Shown: one piece after another, positions 38,752 through 47,010 of the stretch
Numbering within the stretch: position 1 is the stretch's first letter
Layout: each line of letters begins with the position of its first letter
Assembly: GCA_040755995.1 (NCBI GenBank)
Contig: JBFMAF010000024.1
Location: 96,001 to 160,000, forward strand
DNA: 64,000 bases
Direction of reading: 5' to 3'
DNA from: Acidobacteriota bacterium
GTDB lineage: Bacteria > Acidobacteriota > CAIWXX01
Program-made: the position numbers and the translations under genes
Notes under the pieces: generated by a model
Told to the model about the DNA's origin: nothing
What the model saw: the letters and a program-made list of their open reading frames with translations, nothing else
Database searches by the model: none

Positions 38752-39441
38752 ATGAGAGTCAAGGTGCTGTTGGTCGAAGACGAGGAACTGATCGGCGAGA
38801 TGATTCGGATCAACCTCGAAGCGGACGAAGGATACGAAGTGGCTTGGGCAAAGGACGGGGAAACCGCGTTGCGCCTGGCCGAGGACGAGCGCTTCGACAT
38901 CATCATCCTCGACGTCATGCTTCCGGGAGCCGATGGCATCCAGGTCACACGCACGCTCCGCAAGCGCGGCGTCGGTACGCCGATCCTCATGCTCACTGCG
39001 CGCAGCGACACGCCGACGAAGGTACAGGGGCTCGATACCGGCGCCGATGACTACCTGACAAAGCCGTTCGACCTGCCTGAGCTGCTGGCGCGCGTGCGCG
39101 CGGCGATCCGGAGGAGCCAGGCGTCGCGCGAGGTTCCATCGGACGCTGTGCTGCGCTTCGGCCGATACGAGGTCAATCTCAGGACCGGCACGGCTCAGAC
39201 CAACGAGGGCGAAGTGATACTCACGGAGAAGGAACGGGCGTTGATCGAGCTGTTCTGGCGTCACCAGGGAGAGGTGCTGACGCGCGCAGACATCCTGGAT
39301 GAAGTCTGGGGGATGGATGTGTCTCCGACAGAGCGCACAGTCGACAACTTCCTGCTCCGCTACCGCAAGTTGTTCGATGACCCCGAACAGCCGGTCCATT
39401 TCCAGACGGCCCGAAGCCGCGGATACCGCTTCATCCCATGA
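38752..39441 (+). CDS. OmpR/PhoB family response regulator (no adjacent kinase)
   Basis: LLVEDE, LDVMLP, GADDYLTKPF, winged-helix RGYRF. Confidence 0.93.
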   Translation: MRVKVLLVEDEELIGEMIRINLEADEGYEVAWAKDGETALRLAEDERFDIIILDVMLPGADGIQVTRTLRKRGVGTPILMLTARSDTPTKVQGLDTGADDYLTKPFDLPELLARVRAAIRRSQASREVPSDAVLRFGRYEVNLRTGTAQTNEGEVILTEKERALIELFWRHQGEVLTRADILDEVWGMDVSPTERTVDNFLLRYRKLFDDPEQPVHFQTARSRGYRFIP

Positions 39442-39476
39442 TGTCCGTGTGCTTGTGGGAGATGGTCCTGCGGTTG

Positions 39477-39566
39477 CGCCGCCCCTCCGGGCTTGCCGAT
39501 ATCGTGTGCACCGGAACCCAGGGCCCACGCCCTGGGCTATCGATTTCTCGCCCCCTCCGGGGCTTT
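39477..39566. repeat. REP-like composite palindrome
   Basis: CGCCCCTCCGGGCT ... CCCAGGGC-CCAC-GCCCTGGG ... CGCCCCCTCCGGGGCT. Confidence 0.65.
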
Positions 39567-39639
39567 CGCCAAGGCTCCCACAATGCGCAGCTATTCGTGG
39601 CCGTCTGTGTGGCCGGCAACTGACAACTGGAGGTTTTCA

Positions 39640-40608
39640 ATGGCATATCCGACGCAACGACTCCGCAGGCTCAGGATGAGCCCGCTTCTGCGAGATCTCG
39701 TACGCGAGACACACCTCAGTCGCGACGATCTCATCTATCCGCTGTTCGTATGCGAAGGTCGGAGCGTGCGGCAGGAGATCGGGTCGATGCCCGGGGTGTG
39801 CCGCCTGTCGATCGACGAGCTCACCAGGGAGGTCGAGACGGCTGCTGGCGCCGGCATCAAGGCGGTCATTCTGTTCGGGATCCCAGCCGAAAAGGACGAT
39901 GCAGGCACGTCCGGCTACAGCGAGGACGGTATCGTCCAGCGTGCACTGGCAGCCCTGAAGGAACGCCGGTTCCCCGTCGTCCTAATCACCGATGTGTGCC
40001 TGTGCGAATACACGTCGCACGGCCATTGCGGAGTCGTCCGGGATGGGATGGTGGCCAACGACGAAACCGTCAGGCTGCTGGTGCGGCAGGCGTTGTCGCA
40101 CGCCCACGCCGGCGCGGACATAGTCGCGCCGTCGGACATGATGGACGGCAGGGTTGGCGCGATCCGATCGACCCTCGACGAGAACGGCTACGAGAATGTG
40201 ACCATCCTGGCATACGCGGCCAAGTACGCGTCGGGATTCTACGGACCCTTCCGTGAGGCGGCCGGGTCGGCACCGGCCTTCGGCGATCGCAGGTCGCATC
40301 AGATGGACCCGGCGAACGTCGAGGAGGCTCTGCGAGAAGTGGCGTTGGACATCGATGAGGGCGCTGACATCGTCATGGTGAAACCTGCGTTGGCCTACCT
40401 GGATGTGATCCGCCGGGTCAAGGAGAGCTTCCAGGTGCCCGTGGCGGCGTACAATGTCAGCGGCGAGTACTCGATGGTCGAGATCGCGGCGCGCGCAGGT
40501 GCGGTGGATCACGACCGCGTGATGCTGGAGATTCTGACTTCAATCAAACGAGCCGGAGCTGATCTGATTCTGACGTACCACGCGGTCCAGGCGGCCCGAT
40601 TGTTGTAG
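39640..40608 (+). CDS. hemB: Porphobilinogen synthase (Zn-type)
   Basis: [45 protein letters not shown]. Confidence 0.97.
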   Translation: MAYPTQRLRRLRMSPLLRDLVRETHLSRDDLIYPLFVCEGRSVRQEIGSMPGVCRLSIDELTREVETAAGAGIKAVILFGIPAEKDDAGTSGYSEDGIVQRALAALKERRFPVVLITDVCLCEYTSHGHCGVVRDGMVANDETVRLLVRQALSHAHAGADIVAPSDMMDGRVGAIRSTLDENGYENVTILAYAAKYASGFYGPFREAAGSAPAFGDRRSHQMDPANVEEALREVALDIDEGADIVMVKPALAYLDVIRRVKESFQVPVAAYNVSGEYSMVEIAARAGAVDHDRVMLEILTSIKRAGADLILTYHAVQAARLL

Positions 40609-40621
40609 GCAGTTGTCACAA

Positions 40622-41803
40622 CTAATCACTCAGATAGCCGGTGCGTGCTCGGACACGGACGCCCTCGCGCCCGGTCACGATGACCCTGATGTCGTGCCAT
40701 CGTCGTTTGCTCGGTGTGGGCGGGTAGCCCAGGGAGTACTGCCATCGGAGCTCTTCGGAGATCGCAGCGTAGAACTTGCTTACATCGTCGACCCTGTCGG
40801 CGAAGAACGCTCTGCCGCCCGTCTGGCGGGACCAATCGTCGAGGATCTGCCGCTGGCCGTCCTCGCTCCCAAGAAGTCCCAGCCCGACGGCATACAGCGT
40901 AGAATCTCCTTTCAGCAGGGCGTCGGTCGCATCATCGAGCGCGGCCGTGCTGTGTTCGTCTCTGCCATCCGAGAACACGACGATCACCTTTCGCCCGTGC
41001 CGCTCGTCCAGCTTCCTGCATGAGGCGATGAGGGTGTCGTAGAGGCAGGTGCCGCCGCCCGCCACGATCTTGCCGATGGATTGAACAAGGCTCGCGCGCT
41101 CGGTGGTGAAGTCGCCCAGCGGGTAGACCCCGTGATTGAAGGCGATCACCATGAGGTTGTCCTGCGGTCGGAGCGACTGGATGAACTGGATGGCGGCCTT
41201 CTTGGATTTCTCGATCCGCAGCCCGCTCAACATGCTCCGGCTCATGTCCTTCATCAAGATAAGCGAGAGAGCAGCATCCCCCTTGTAGAAATTGGTGATC
41301 TGCTTTCGGACTCCGTCCTCGTACACCTGGAAGTTGCCCAAATCGAGGTCCTTGACGAACTCCCCGTTGCTGTCGAGCACCGTGACGGAGATCTGGCGAA
41401 GCTTCACTTCGACCTCTTCGGTGCTGTCGATCCCCAGCGTATGGATCTGGGCGTCAGAGGAGCTCCCGTCCGGCCGGCTCGCCACCACCCGTATTGTCTT
41501 CCCGGACGGTTTCGCTCCCGCGTCCCAGTCAAAGAAGAACGGTGGTGTCGTGTCCACGAACATCAGCCGGCCGTCCACGTAAAAGCTCACCTTCTCGCCG
41601 CCGCTCCCGCCCAGCACGTCCGCGTTGATCCGCGTCACCCCCGCGACGACCTCTCCCTCATGCGGGCTGGTCAGCGTTACACGGAACGGTTCATCGGCCG
41701 CGGGCGCTGCGAGGTTCAGCACTGCGAGACACACTGCAATTCGCACGGCGAATCCTCCGGGCACGCGTGCCTTCCTGTACACCGAATCTCCTGAATCCAT
41801 CAT
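40622..41803 (-). CDS. Ig-like + VWA domain protein
   Basis: Signal-like segment, VSFYVDG...PPFFFDW Ig domain, DMSRS/TCLYD/FSDG MIDAS motifs, QYSLGY. Confidence 0.85.
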   Translation of the reverse strand: MMDSGDSVYRKARVPGGFAVRIAVCLAVLNLAAPAADEPFRVTLTSPHEGEVVAGVTRINADVLGGSGGEKVSFYVDGRLMFVDTTPPFFFDWDAGAKPSGKTIRVVASRPDGSSSDAQIHTLGIDSTEEVEVKLRQISVTVLDSNGEFVKDLDLGNFQVYEDGVRKQITNFYKGDAALSLILMKDMSRSMLSGLRIEKSKKAAIQFIQSLRPQDNLMVIAFNHGVYPLGDFTTERASLVQSIGKIVAGGGTCLYDTLIASCRKLDERHGRKVIVVFSDGRDEHSTAALDDATDALLKGDSTLYAVGLGLLGSEDGQRQILDDWSRQTGGRAFFADRVDDVSKFYAAISEELRWQYSLGYPPTPSKRRWHDIRVIVTGREGVRVRARTGYLSD

Positions 41804-41917
41804 TGTCCTCCACATCGTTCCGTTCTGCGCAGGCGGCCAACTGGCACCGCCTGGCCGCAGGGTCGCTGCGATGCTCGACCGCCCGTCCACTCTCCTCTCG
41901 CAACTCTCCACTCTCTA

Positions 41918-41976
41918 AGCAAGGCGCTACCAGAGCGGCCTCGCATGCATCATCGGTCCGAGGCCGCGCCTCGCTA
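41918..41976. repeat. ~59-bp MITE-like element with imperfect terminal inverted repeats
   Basis: AGCAAGGCGC ... GCGCCTCGCT (9/10 inverted), TA at both flanks; right end provides the TAG stop of the large ORF. Confidence 0.55.
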
Positions 41977-44900
41977 GTCAGCCGTCAGCACTGGCGAGGA
42001 CCCTCGAGCCAATGCCAGCACCAGATCCTGCACCGTGGCGTCGGTTGTGACCCTCCGGGCCGATTCCTCGATCGAGAGCCAGTCGTTCAGGTGCAACTGA
42101 GGGGCGCCTTCGAGCACCCGGTCGAAGAGAGCCGGCTGGATGGCCGGGATGAGACGGGCGGGCAGCTGCAGCCGGTTCATTACCACGCACAGCATCACAC
42201 GCGGATGGATTCGCTCGACGACGCGGGCCCCGGCCGGATCGACTTCGAAGTCATCATACGGCGGCAGCACGCGGTCGTCGAGCCCTACGGAGACGTGTGT
42301 GCGCAGCAAGGGAAGTCCGACGAGCTCGCGCACCGACGCGCGTGTCGAGGCATCCTGCCATAGGGCCATCAGCTCTTCGACCCGCGCCAGATCGATCTCC
42401 ATCTCGGGAACCCGAAGCCGCTCGTTCTCGATGTCTTGGAGCAGCCGGCGCCCGAGGAAGTACAGCTCCGAGGGGGTCAACGTCGCCTCACCCGGAGCGG
42501 GCTCCGTGGTTGCCCCCTGGAGCACAGCGTACCTCTTGCGCCCGAGGATGTCGGGCAGCGTGCGCGCCACGAAGGAGCTTGTTACCCGGTCGTGTGCCAT
42601 CAGAATCGAAACGCCCAGGTCATAACACCCGGCGACAAACCGCATGCCGGCATCGTTGATGCGCCCCGGAGCCGGCAGGTTGGACATCGCGCTGAACTGC
42701 GCCTCGAGTCTGAGGTTCGAGTGCGACGCCGTGGCGTTGACATCGAGCATGCGCCCGAGGCGGAACCCGCGGGTCGCAAAGGGGATGAAGTCCACGGAGC
42801 CGACGATCGCCCCCTTCTGCATGCACTTGCTTCCCCAAATCAAGTCGGCGAGCCTTCCCTCTTCCCAGGGGTTGTCCCGCACGATCTCCTCGCGATCCGG
42901 CCGCTCGAACGTATGGTTCACGACCAGCCCCGATCTGACGGGATAGCGGGGATCCAGATCCTTGGCATACAGATACCCGAGCAATGTGTTGGCAAGGAAG
43001 CAGTTGAGCGATCTCGTCATCGGCTCGAGAACCTCCGGCACGCGCTCCGCCAGCCTCCGCTGTGCCTCCTGCAAAGCGCGCCTATCCTGCTGGGCAACCG
43101 CGCGATCCAGGCGCCGCCGTGCGTCAGCCACCTCCTTCCGCAGCGACTCCAGCGCTTCCAGCATCCCGATCCGCTCCTGAATCACCTCTCGCACCAGAAG
43201 GTTGCACTCCGCGTCCCTCCACTGGACGAGGTCCTTCAGAGTGGGGTCGGTCCAGCCGAACACGTTCTCGCGCAGCAGCCTTCTCAGCGTTTCGCTTTCC
43301 GGAAGGCGTACGAGAGTGGCGTTGTCCAAGGTAGTCTGAGCAGCTGACTCGAGCTCCGCGAGCAACTGCGGGACATCGGCGCCCGGCGCGCGGCCTATGT
43401 TCTGGCATGCGCTCAGCGTGCTGCAGACCCCCAACCAGACTCCAAGCACCACGTCGAGCGTGTTGACGCTCTGCTGCGAGAGGAAGCTCCCCGCAGTACG
43501 CGCGGCAAGGCGTGCCGCATCGTATCGTCGATACCGGATACCTTCGCCTGCCTCCGCCAGCGGCACATCGATCGGCTGCCCCGCGCCGGCGAGGGTAGCG
43601 GCCAGTACGCTGTGAGCCTCGCCATCGGCTGCACATCCCAACGCGCCAAGGAGCGATTGGACCCAGACGAGGCCGCCGCGTCCGAGGCCCTCCTTGGAAT
43701 CGGGCCGCACGGCGAGAAACTGGTCGTAGAGCTCGGTCACGCGGGAGGCCGGGAGCGCATCGTTGAGCGCCGTGATCTGGAGTATCCGCATGCAGGACTG
43801 GAATAGCTTGATCGTCGTGTTGCGAAGCTCCCGGTTCCCGATCTGGTCAATGCGGTGGAGCATGAAGAGGTAGTCGAGCACGCGTTGCTCCTGCCCGCCC
43901 AGCGGAATCCCCTCGACGAGTCGATAGGCCGCTCCGTGGCGCTCGTAATTGCGGTACAGCGCGGGCAGTGAGAGATTGCCTACGGCCTCCGGCTGGTCCC
44001 TGAAGATCGCCTGGATGGCAGCGAACTTCTCGGCAGGGCTCTTTTGCTGCGCAAGGAGCACGTCGCCGCGGGCGTCCTCCAGATGCTCGGCGATTTCCAG
44101 AAAACTCTCGAGTGGATCCAGGCTCGCCTTCTCGCGTCCTGAGCGGCCCTGGGCCGCACCGAGCTTCTGCAGGAGTCTCTCCATGTCCTGCTGGTCCTCG
44201 ATCGGGTCACCGTCGCTGAGAGCGATGTGCCAGGCCAGCGGTGATGCAGGCATGCGGATCTCTCCGGCGCGCTCGTCGATCTCTGCATGCATCACCAGGT
44301 CCTGGAAATCCCACAGCCGGCGCCATGACAGGCGATGCTGCTCGTATGCATCGGCAAAAGGCAGCCTGGCGGCCCTGAACAGACGTCGCGCCCTGTCCAG
44401 GGCCTGCGTCTCAGGCAGCCTCAGGCCCAGCAACACCTGCTGCTTCAGCCTCGGTTGCTTCGCCATCACGCTGACGAAGTAGGCGCTCTTCCCGTTCTCG
44501 AAGATCGACCGTGTCAGCCTGGGTGAGTCCTGAGTGGAGCAGCCGAGGAGATCGGACCAGATCCGCATCGCCAGGCGGTCGAGCGCGACCTGATCCCTTG
44601 CCCACGGGCTGGGGGATGAAGAAGCCAGATCGCGTTTCACCTGAGCGCGCTCCGATGGGCTCAGCATGCCGGGCAGCACAAGCTGAGCCACGCCGGTCCC
44701 GATATCCACCTGCAGCGAATCGCCGAAGTTGTACAGCCCCCAGAGCAATCGCTCACTCTCGTAGAGCGCTCGCAGCCCCACCTCCTGGCGCAGGAACTCG
44801 AGGGTTACCGGCTCGGTGCGCGCCAGCACGATGTACAGCATGTCGGCCTGGAGGTCGTTGAGGAAGCGAATGAGCAGCTCATCAGAGCTCAGCTTGGGTT

Positions 44901-45468
44901 CGCCAAGCGCCTCCCGGAACCACCGCAGATGCTCTTGCGGAATAGCGGCCTGGAAGTAGGGCAGCGACAGGGTCACGTTCTGGCCGTTGGCGAGGCGCTG
45001 CGTGAGGTCTTCGAGGTCCACACCGGCACGTGCAAGCAGCGTTCGTCTGAGGCTCTCGTCTAGGCCGCCGGCCGGCTTCAGCATCTCGTCTCTTCCGGGT
45101 TCATATCCTAGAAACATCAGCAGGTCAGCCGTTTTCCGCATGCTGACTGACGGGCTGGCAGGCGCCGCCCCGTAAGTACGTTCCAGCTCGTCGAGCTTGC
45201 GGCGGAGCTGCTGCAGAGCGTTCAGTTGACGGTCGATCTCGTTCTGCTTCACCCTCGGCGCGACTCTGCCGAACTGGCGATAGTCGGCCATCAGGCACTC
45301 GATGTATCTGTACAGCCCCGCTCCACCCATGCCCGTGCAGCCAGTGGCCCAGTCTCCGCCGGGAGACTGCACGGCGACTGCGGCGGACGGCACATCGATG
45401 GCGGGCAGCAGCGCGGACGTCGCACCGACCAGGACCAGCACCAATGGAAGGACGGTTCGGCTTCCCAT
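41974..45468 (-). CDS. Large secreted hypothetical protein (~1160 aa)
   Basis: Long ORF, AGGAG RBS before MGSRTV, signal peptide, helix-rich; no recognised domain. Confidence 0.75.
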   Translation of the reverse strand: MGSRTVLPLVLVLVGATSALLPAIDVPSAAVAVQSPGGDWATGCTGMGGAGLYRYIECLMADYRQFGRVAPRVKQNEIDRQLNALQQLRRKLDELERTYGAAPASPSVSMRKTADLLMFLGYEPGRDEMLKPAGGLDESLRRTLLARAGVDLEDLTQRLANGQNVTLSLPYFQAAIPQEHLRWFREALGEPKLSSDELLIRFLNDLQADMLYIVLARTEPVTLEFLRQEVGLRALYESERLLWGLYNFGDSLQVDIGTGVAQLVLPGMLSPSERAQVKRDLASSSPSPWARDQVALDRLAMRIWSDLLGCSTQDSPRLTRSIFENGKSAYFVSVMAKQPRLKQQVLLGLRLPETQALDRARRLFRAARLPFADAYEQHRLSWRRLWDFQDLVMHAEIDERAGEIRMPASPLAWHIALSDGDPIEDQQDMERLLQKLGAAQGRSGREKASLDPLESFLEIAEHLEDARGDVLLAQQKSPAEKFAAIQAIFRDQPEAVGNLSLPALYRNYERHGAAYRLVEGIPLGGQEQRVLDYLFMLHRIDQIGNRELRNTTIKLFQSCMRILQITALNDALPASRVTELYDQFLAVRPDSKEGLGRGGLVWVQSLLGALGCAADGEAHSVLAATLAGAGQPIDVPLAEAGEGIRYRRYDAARLAARTAGSFLSQQSVNTLDVVLGVWLGVCSTLSACQNIGRAPGADVPQLLAELESAAQTTLDNATLVRLPESETLRRLLRENVFGWTDPTLKDLVQWRDAECNLLVREVIQERIGMLEALESLRKEVADARRRLDRAVAQQDRRALQEAQRRLAERVPEVLEPMTRSLNCFLANTLLGYLYAKDLDPRYPVRSGLVVNHTFERPDREEIVRDNPWEEGRLADLIWGSKCMQKGAIVGSVDFIPFATRGFRLGRMLDVNATASHSNLRLEAQFSAMSNLPAPGRINDAGMRFVAGCYDLGVSILMAHDRVTSSFVARTLPDILGRKRYAVLQGATTEPAPGEATLTPSELYFLGRRLLQDIENERLRVPEMEIDLARVEELMALWQDASTRASVRELVGLPLLRTHVSVGLDDRVLPPYDDFEVDPAGARVVERIHPRVMLCVVMNRLQLPARLIPAIQPALFDRVLEGAPQLHLNDWLSIEESARRVTTDATVQDLVLALARGSSPVLTAD

Positions 45469-45527
45469 GGACAGAACTCCTCGGTTTCCGACTCCCCGGC
45501 TATTATACGAGAGCCGCCCGTAAAGGG

Positions 45528-46196
45528 CTAGCGAGTCACGAATCTTTTCTGCAGCAGTGCACCCTCCAACATCGAGCACCACTCGGCGATCCCCTCGCCG
45601 GTGCGCGCCGACGTGAGCAGCAGCCGCCCGCAGGGGTGAAGCGACGCCACCTGCCCCCGCACAGCGTCAAGGTCGAACGAGACGTGCGGCAGCAAGTCGA
45701 CTTTGCTAAGCACGCAAACCGACGCACGCGAGAAAATGGCCGGATACTTGAACGGCTTGTCCTCGCCCTCGGTGACCGACAGGACGACGACCTTGAAGTC
45801 TTCTCCGAGATCGTACGAGGTGGGACAGATGAGGTTGCCCACGTTTTCGATGAATAGAAAATCCAGGTTTGTGGGAAACCTTGCTTCCTGCATGGCCTTC
45901 CGGATCTGGCGCGCATCGAGATGGCAGGCGCCTCCTGTGAGTATCTGGTAGGCGGGCACGCCGAGCGCGCGGAGGCGCATCGCGTCTCGCTCGGTTGCGA
46001 TGTCGCCTTCGATGACACCGATCGAAAACCGGCTGCTCATCGCGCGTACGGTGGCCTCCAGCAGAGTCGTCTTCCCCGAGCCCGGAGATGAGATGAGGTT
46101 GACGACGAGGCGGCTGGTGGATTCCGCGCGCAGCCGCGCGGCCTCGGCTTCGTTCGCCTCCAGTATGCTGCGTTTCACGTCGATGACTTCAGTCAC
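45528..46196 (-). CDS. hypB: Hydrogenase nickel incorporation GTPase HypB
   Basis: SSPGSGKTT, GACHLDA, ENVGNLICP, EGEDKPFKYP. Confidence 0.95.
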   Translation of the reverse strand: MTEVIDVKRSILEANEAEAARLRAESTSRLVVNLISSPGSGKTTLLEATVRAMSSRFSIGVIEGDIATERDAMRLRALGVPAYQILTGGACHLDARQIRKAMQEARFPTNLDFLFIENVGNLICPTSYDLGEDFKVVVLSVTEGEDKPFKYPAIFSRASVCVLSKVDLLPHVSFDLDAVRGQVASLHPCGRLLLTSARTGEGIAEWCSMLEGALLQKRFVTR

Positions 46197-46608
46197 GACT
46201 GATCTCCGCGGCGGGCTCAGCGCCCGCCTGCGCAGGTTGTCCAGCCTCGCGGATCTCGTCTTCCGTCAGATAGGTCACCTGCAGCAGATCGAGCTCCATG
46301 CCGCCTTCGATCCGCAGCGGGTGCTGGCAGTCCGGACAGAGTGCCAGCCAGCTCCCGGGCTCGCGCCGCTTCTCGGCGGCGCACTGTTCACAGTACTGTT
46401 TCGCCGGGCACCACATCACATCCAGGTAGCTGCTTTGGTCGGGGCTCCCGGTGACCAGCGCCTCCCAGGCGAACTTCAGCAGATCGGGCTCGATCGCCCT
46501 CAGCTCGCCCACGGCGACTCGCACCGTTTCGACTCTTCCCGGCCCGTACTGCGCGACGGCCTCGCGAGCGACGCGGTAGATCTCACTCGCGATGCTAAGC
46601 TCGTGCAC
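46189..46608 (-). CDS. hypA: Hydrogenase maturation nickel metallochaperone HypA
   Basis: MHELSIA, CEQC...CPDC, GMEL. Confidence 0.93.
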   Translation of the reverse strand: MHELSIASEIYRVAREAVAQYGPGRVETVRVAVGELRAIEPDLLKFAWEALVTGSPDQSSYLDVMWCPAKQYCEQCAAEKRREPGSWLALCPDCQHPLRIEGGMELDLLQVTYLTEDEIREAGQPAQAGAEPAAEISRD

Positions 46609-46644
46609 TCGACGGCCCTTTCATCTCTCTAGATCCAGTCGACA

Positions 46645-46673
46645 ATTCTGGTCCGCCCACCGCGCGTTGTCAA
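46645..46673 (-). promoter_or_regulatory. Putative sigma70 promoter of hypAB
   Basis: Minus strand TTGACA, 17 bp, CAGAAT. Confidence 0.6.
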
Positions 46674-47010
46674 TTGATGGGCGCAGTTGATGATCCGCGG
46701 GGCAGCGTTTTCGTTCCCGAATTGCGTGTGTGTCATTAGCTGCAGATCCTGCTGTCGCTGGCCATCGTCGGCTCTGATGGCGTGACAAGGGATCACATGA
46801 GCCACAACAGCATGTTCGGTTCGAATCCGTGTAGTGCCTTGCCGCCCCGTACACTCGGTGGCACCCCTCGCCCGCCTGTGCGATACGCCCCAGGGTGGCA
46901 GCGCGGCAGCGCCTCGATGCTGGCCGCGGGGTGCGCGGCGTGCTATTGTAGGGCGCTGAGGTCTGGATTCAGTGGTGTAGGAAGCGCAGCCATCACAGGA
47001 GATTCTCGAG

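Noticed and set aside
37050..39050. 666-aa alternate-frame ORF over cstA, and similar long shadow ORFs (e.g. 11958-13523, 33115-34581, 47038-48594, 54298-55845)
   Set aside because: Overlap well-supported genes, have no motifs, and are expected from stop-codon scarcity in GC-rich DNA
45517..45545. CTAGCGAGTCACG at the hypB stop resembling the TA-ended motif
   Set aside because: Match is partial and lies within hypB coding sequence; not counted as a copy
46781..46797. CRP/FNR/Rex-like GTGA...TCACA
   Set aside because: Spacer is 7 nt, not the required 6
46779..46838. tRNA-like GGTTCGAATCC T-loop motif with a weak possible acceptor stem
   Set aside because: Only ~60 nt, T-stem has three good pairs, and there is no room for D and anticodon arms
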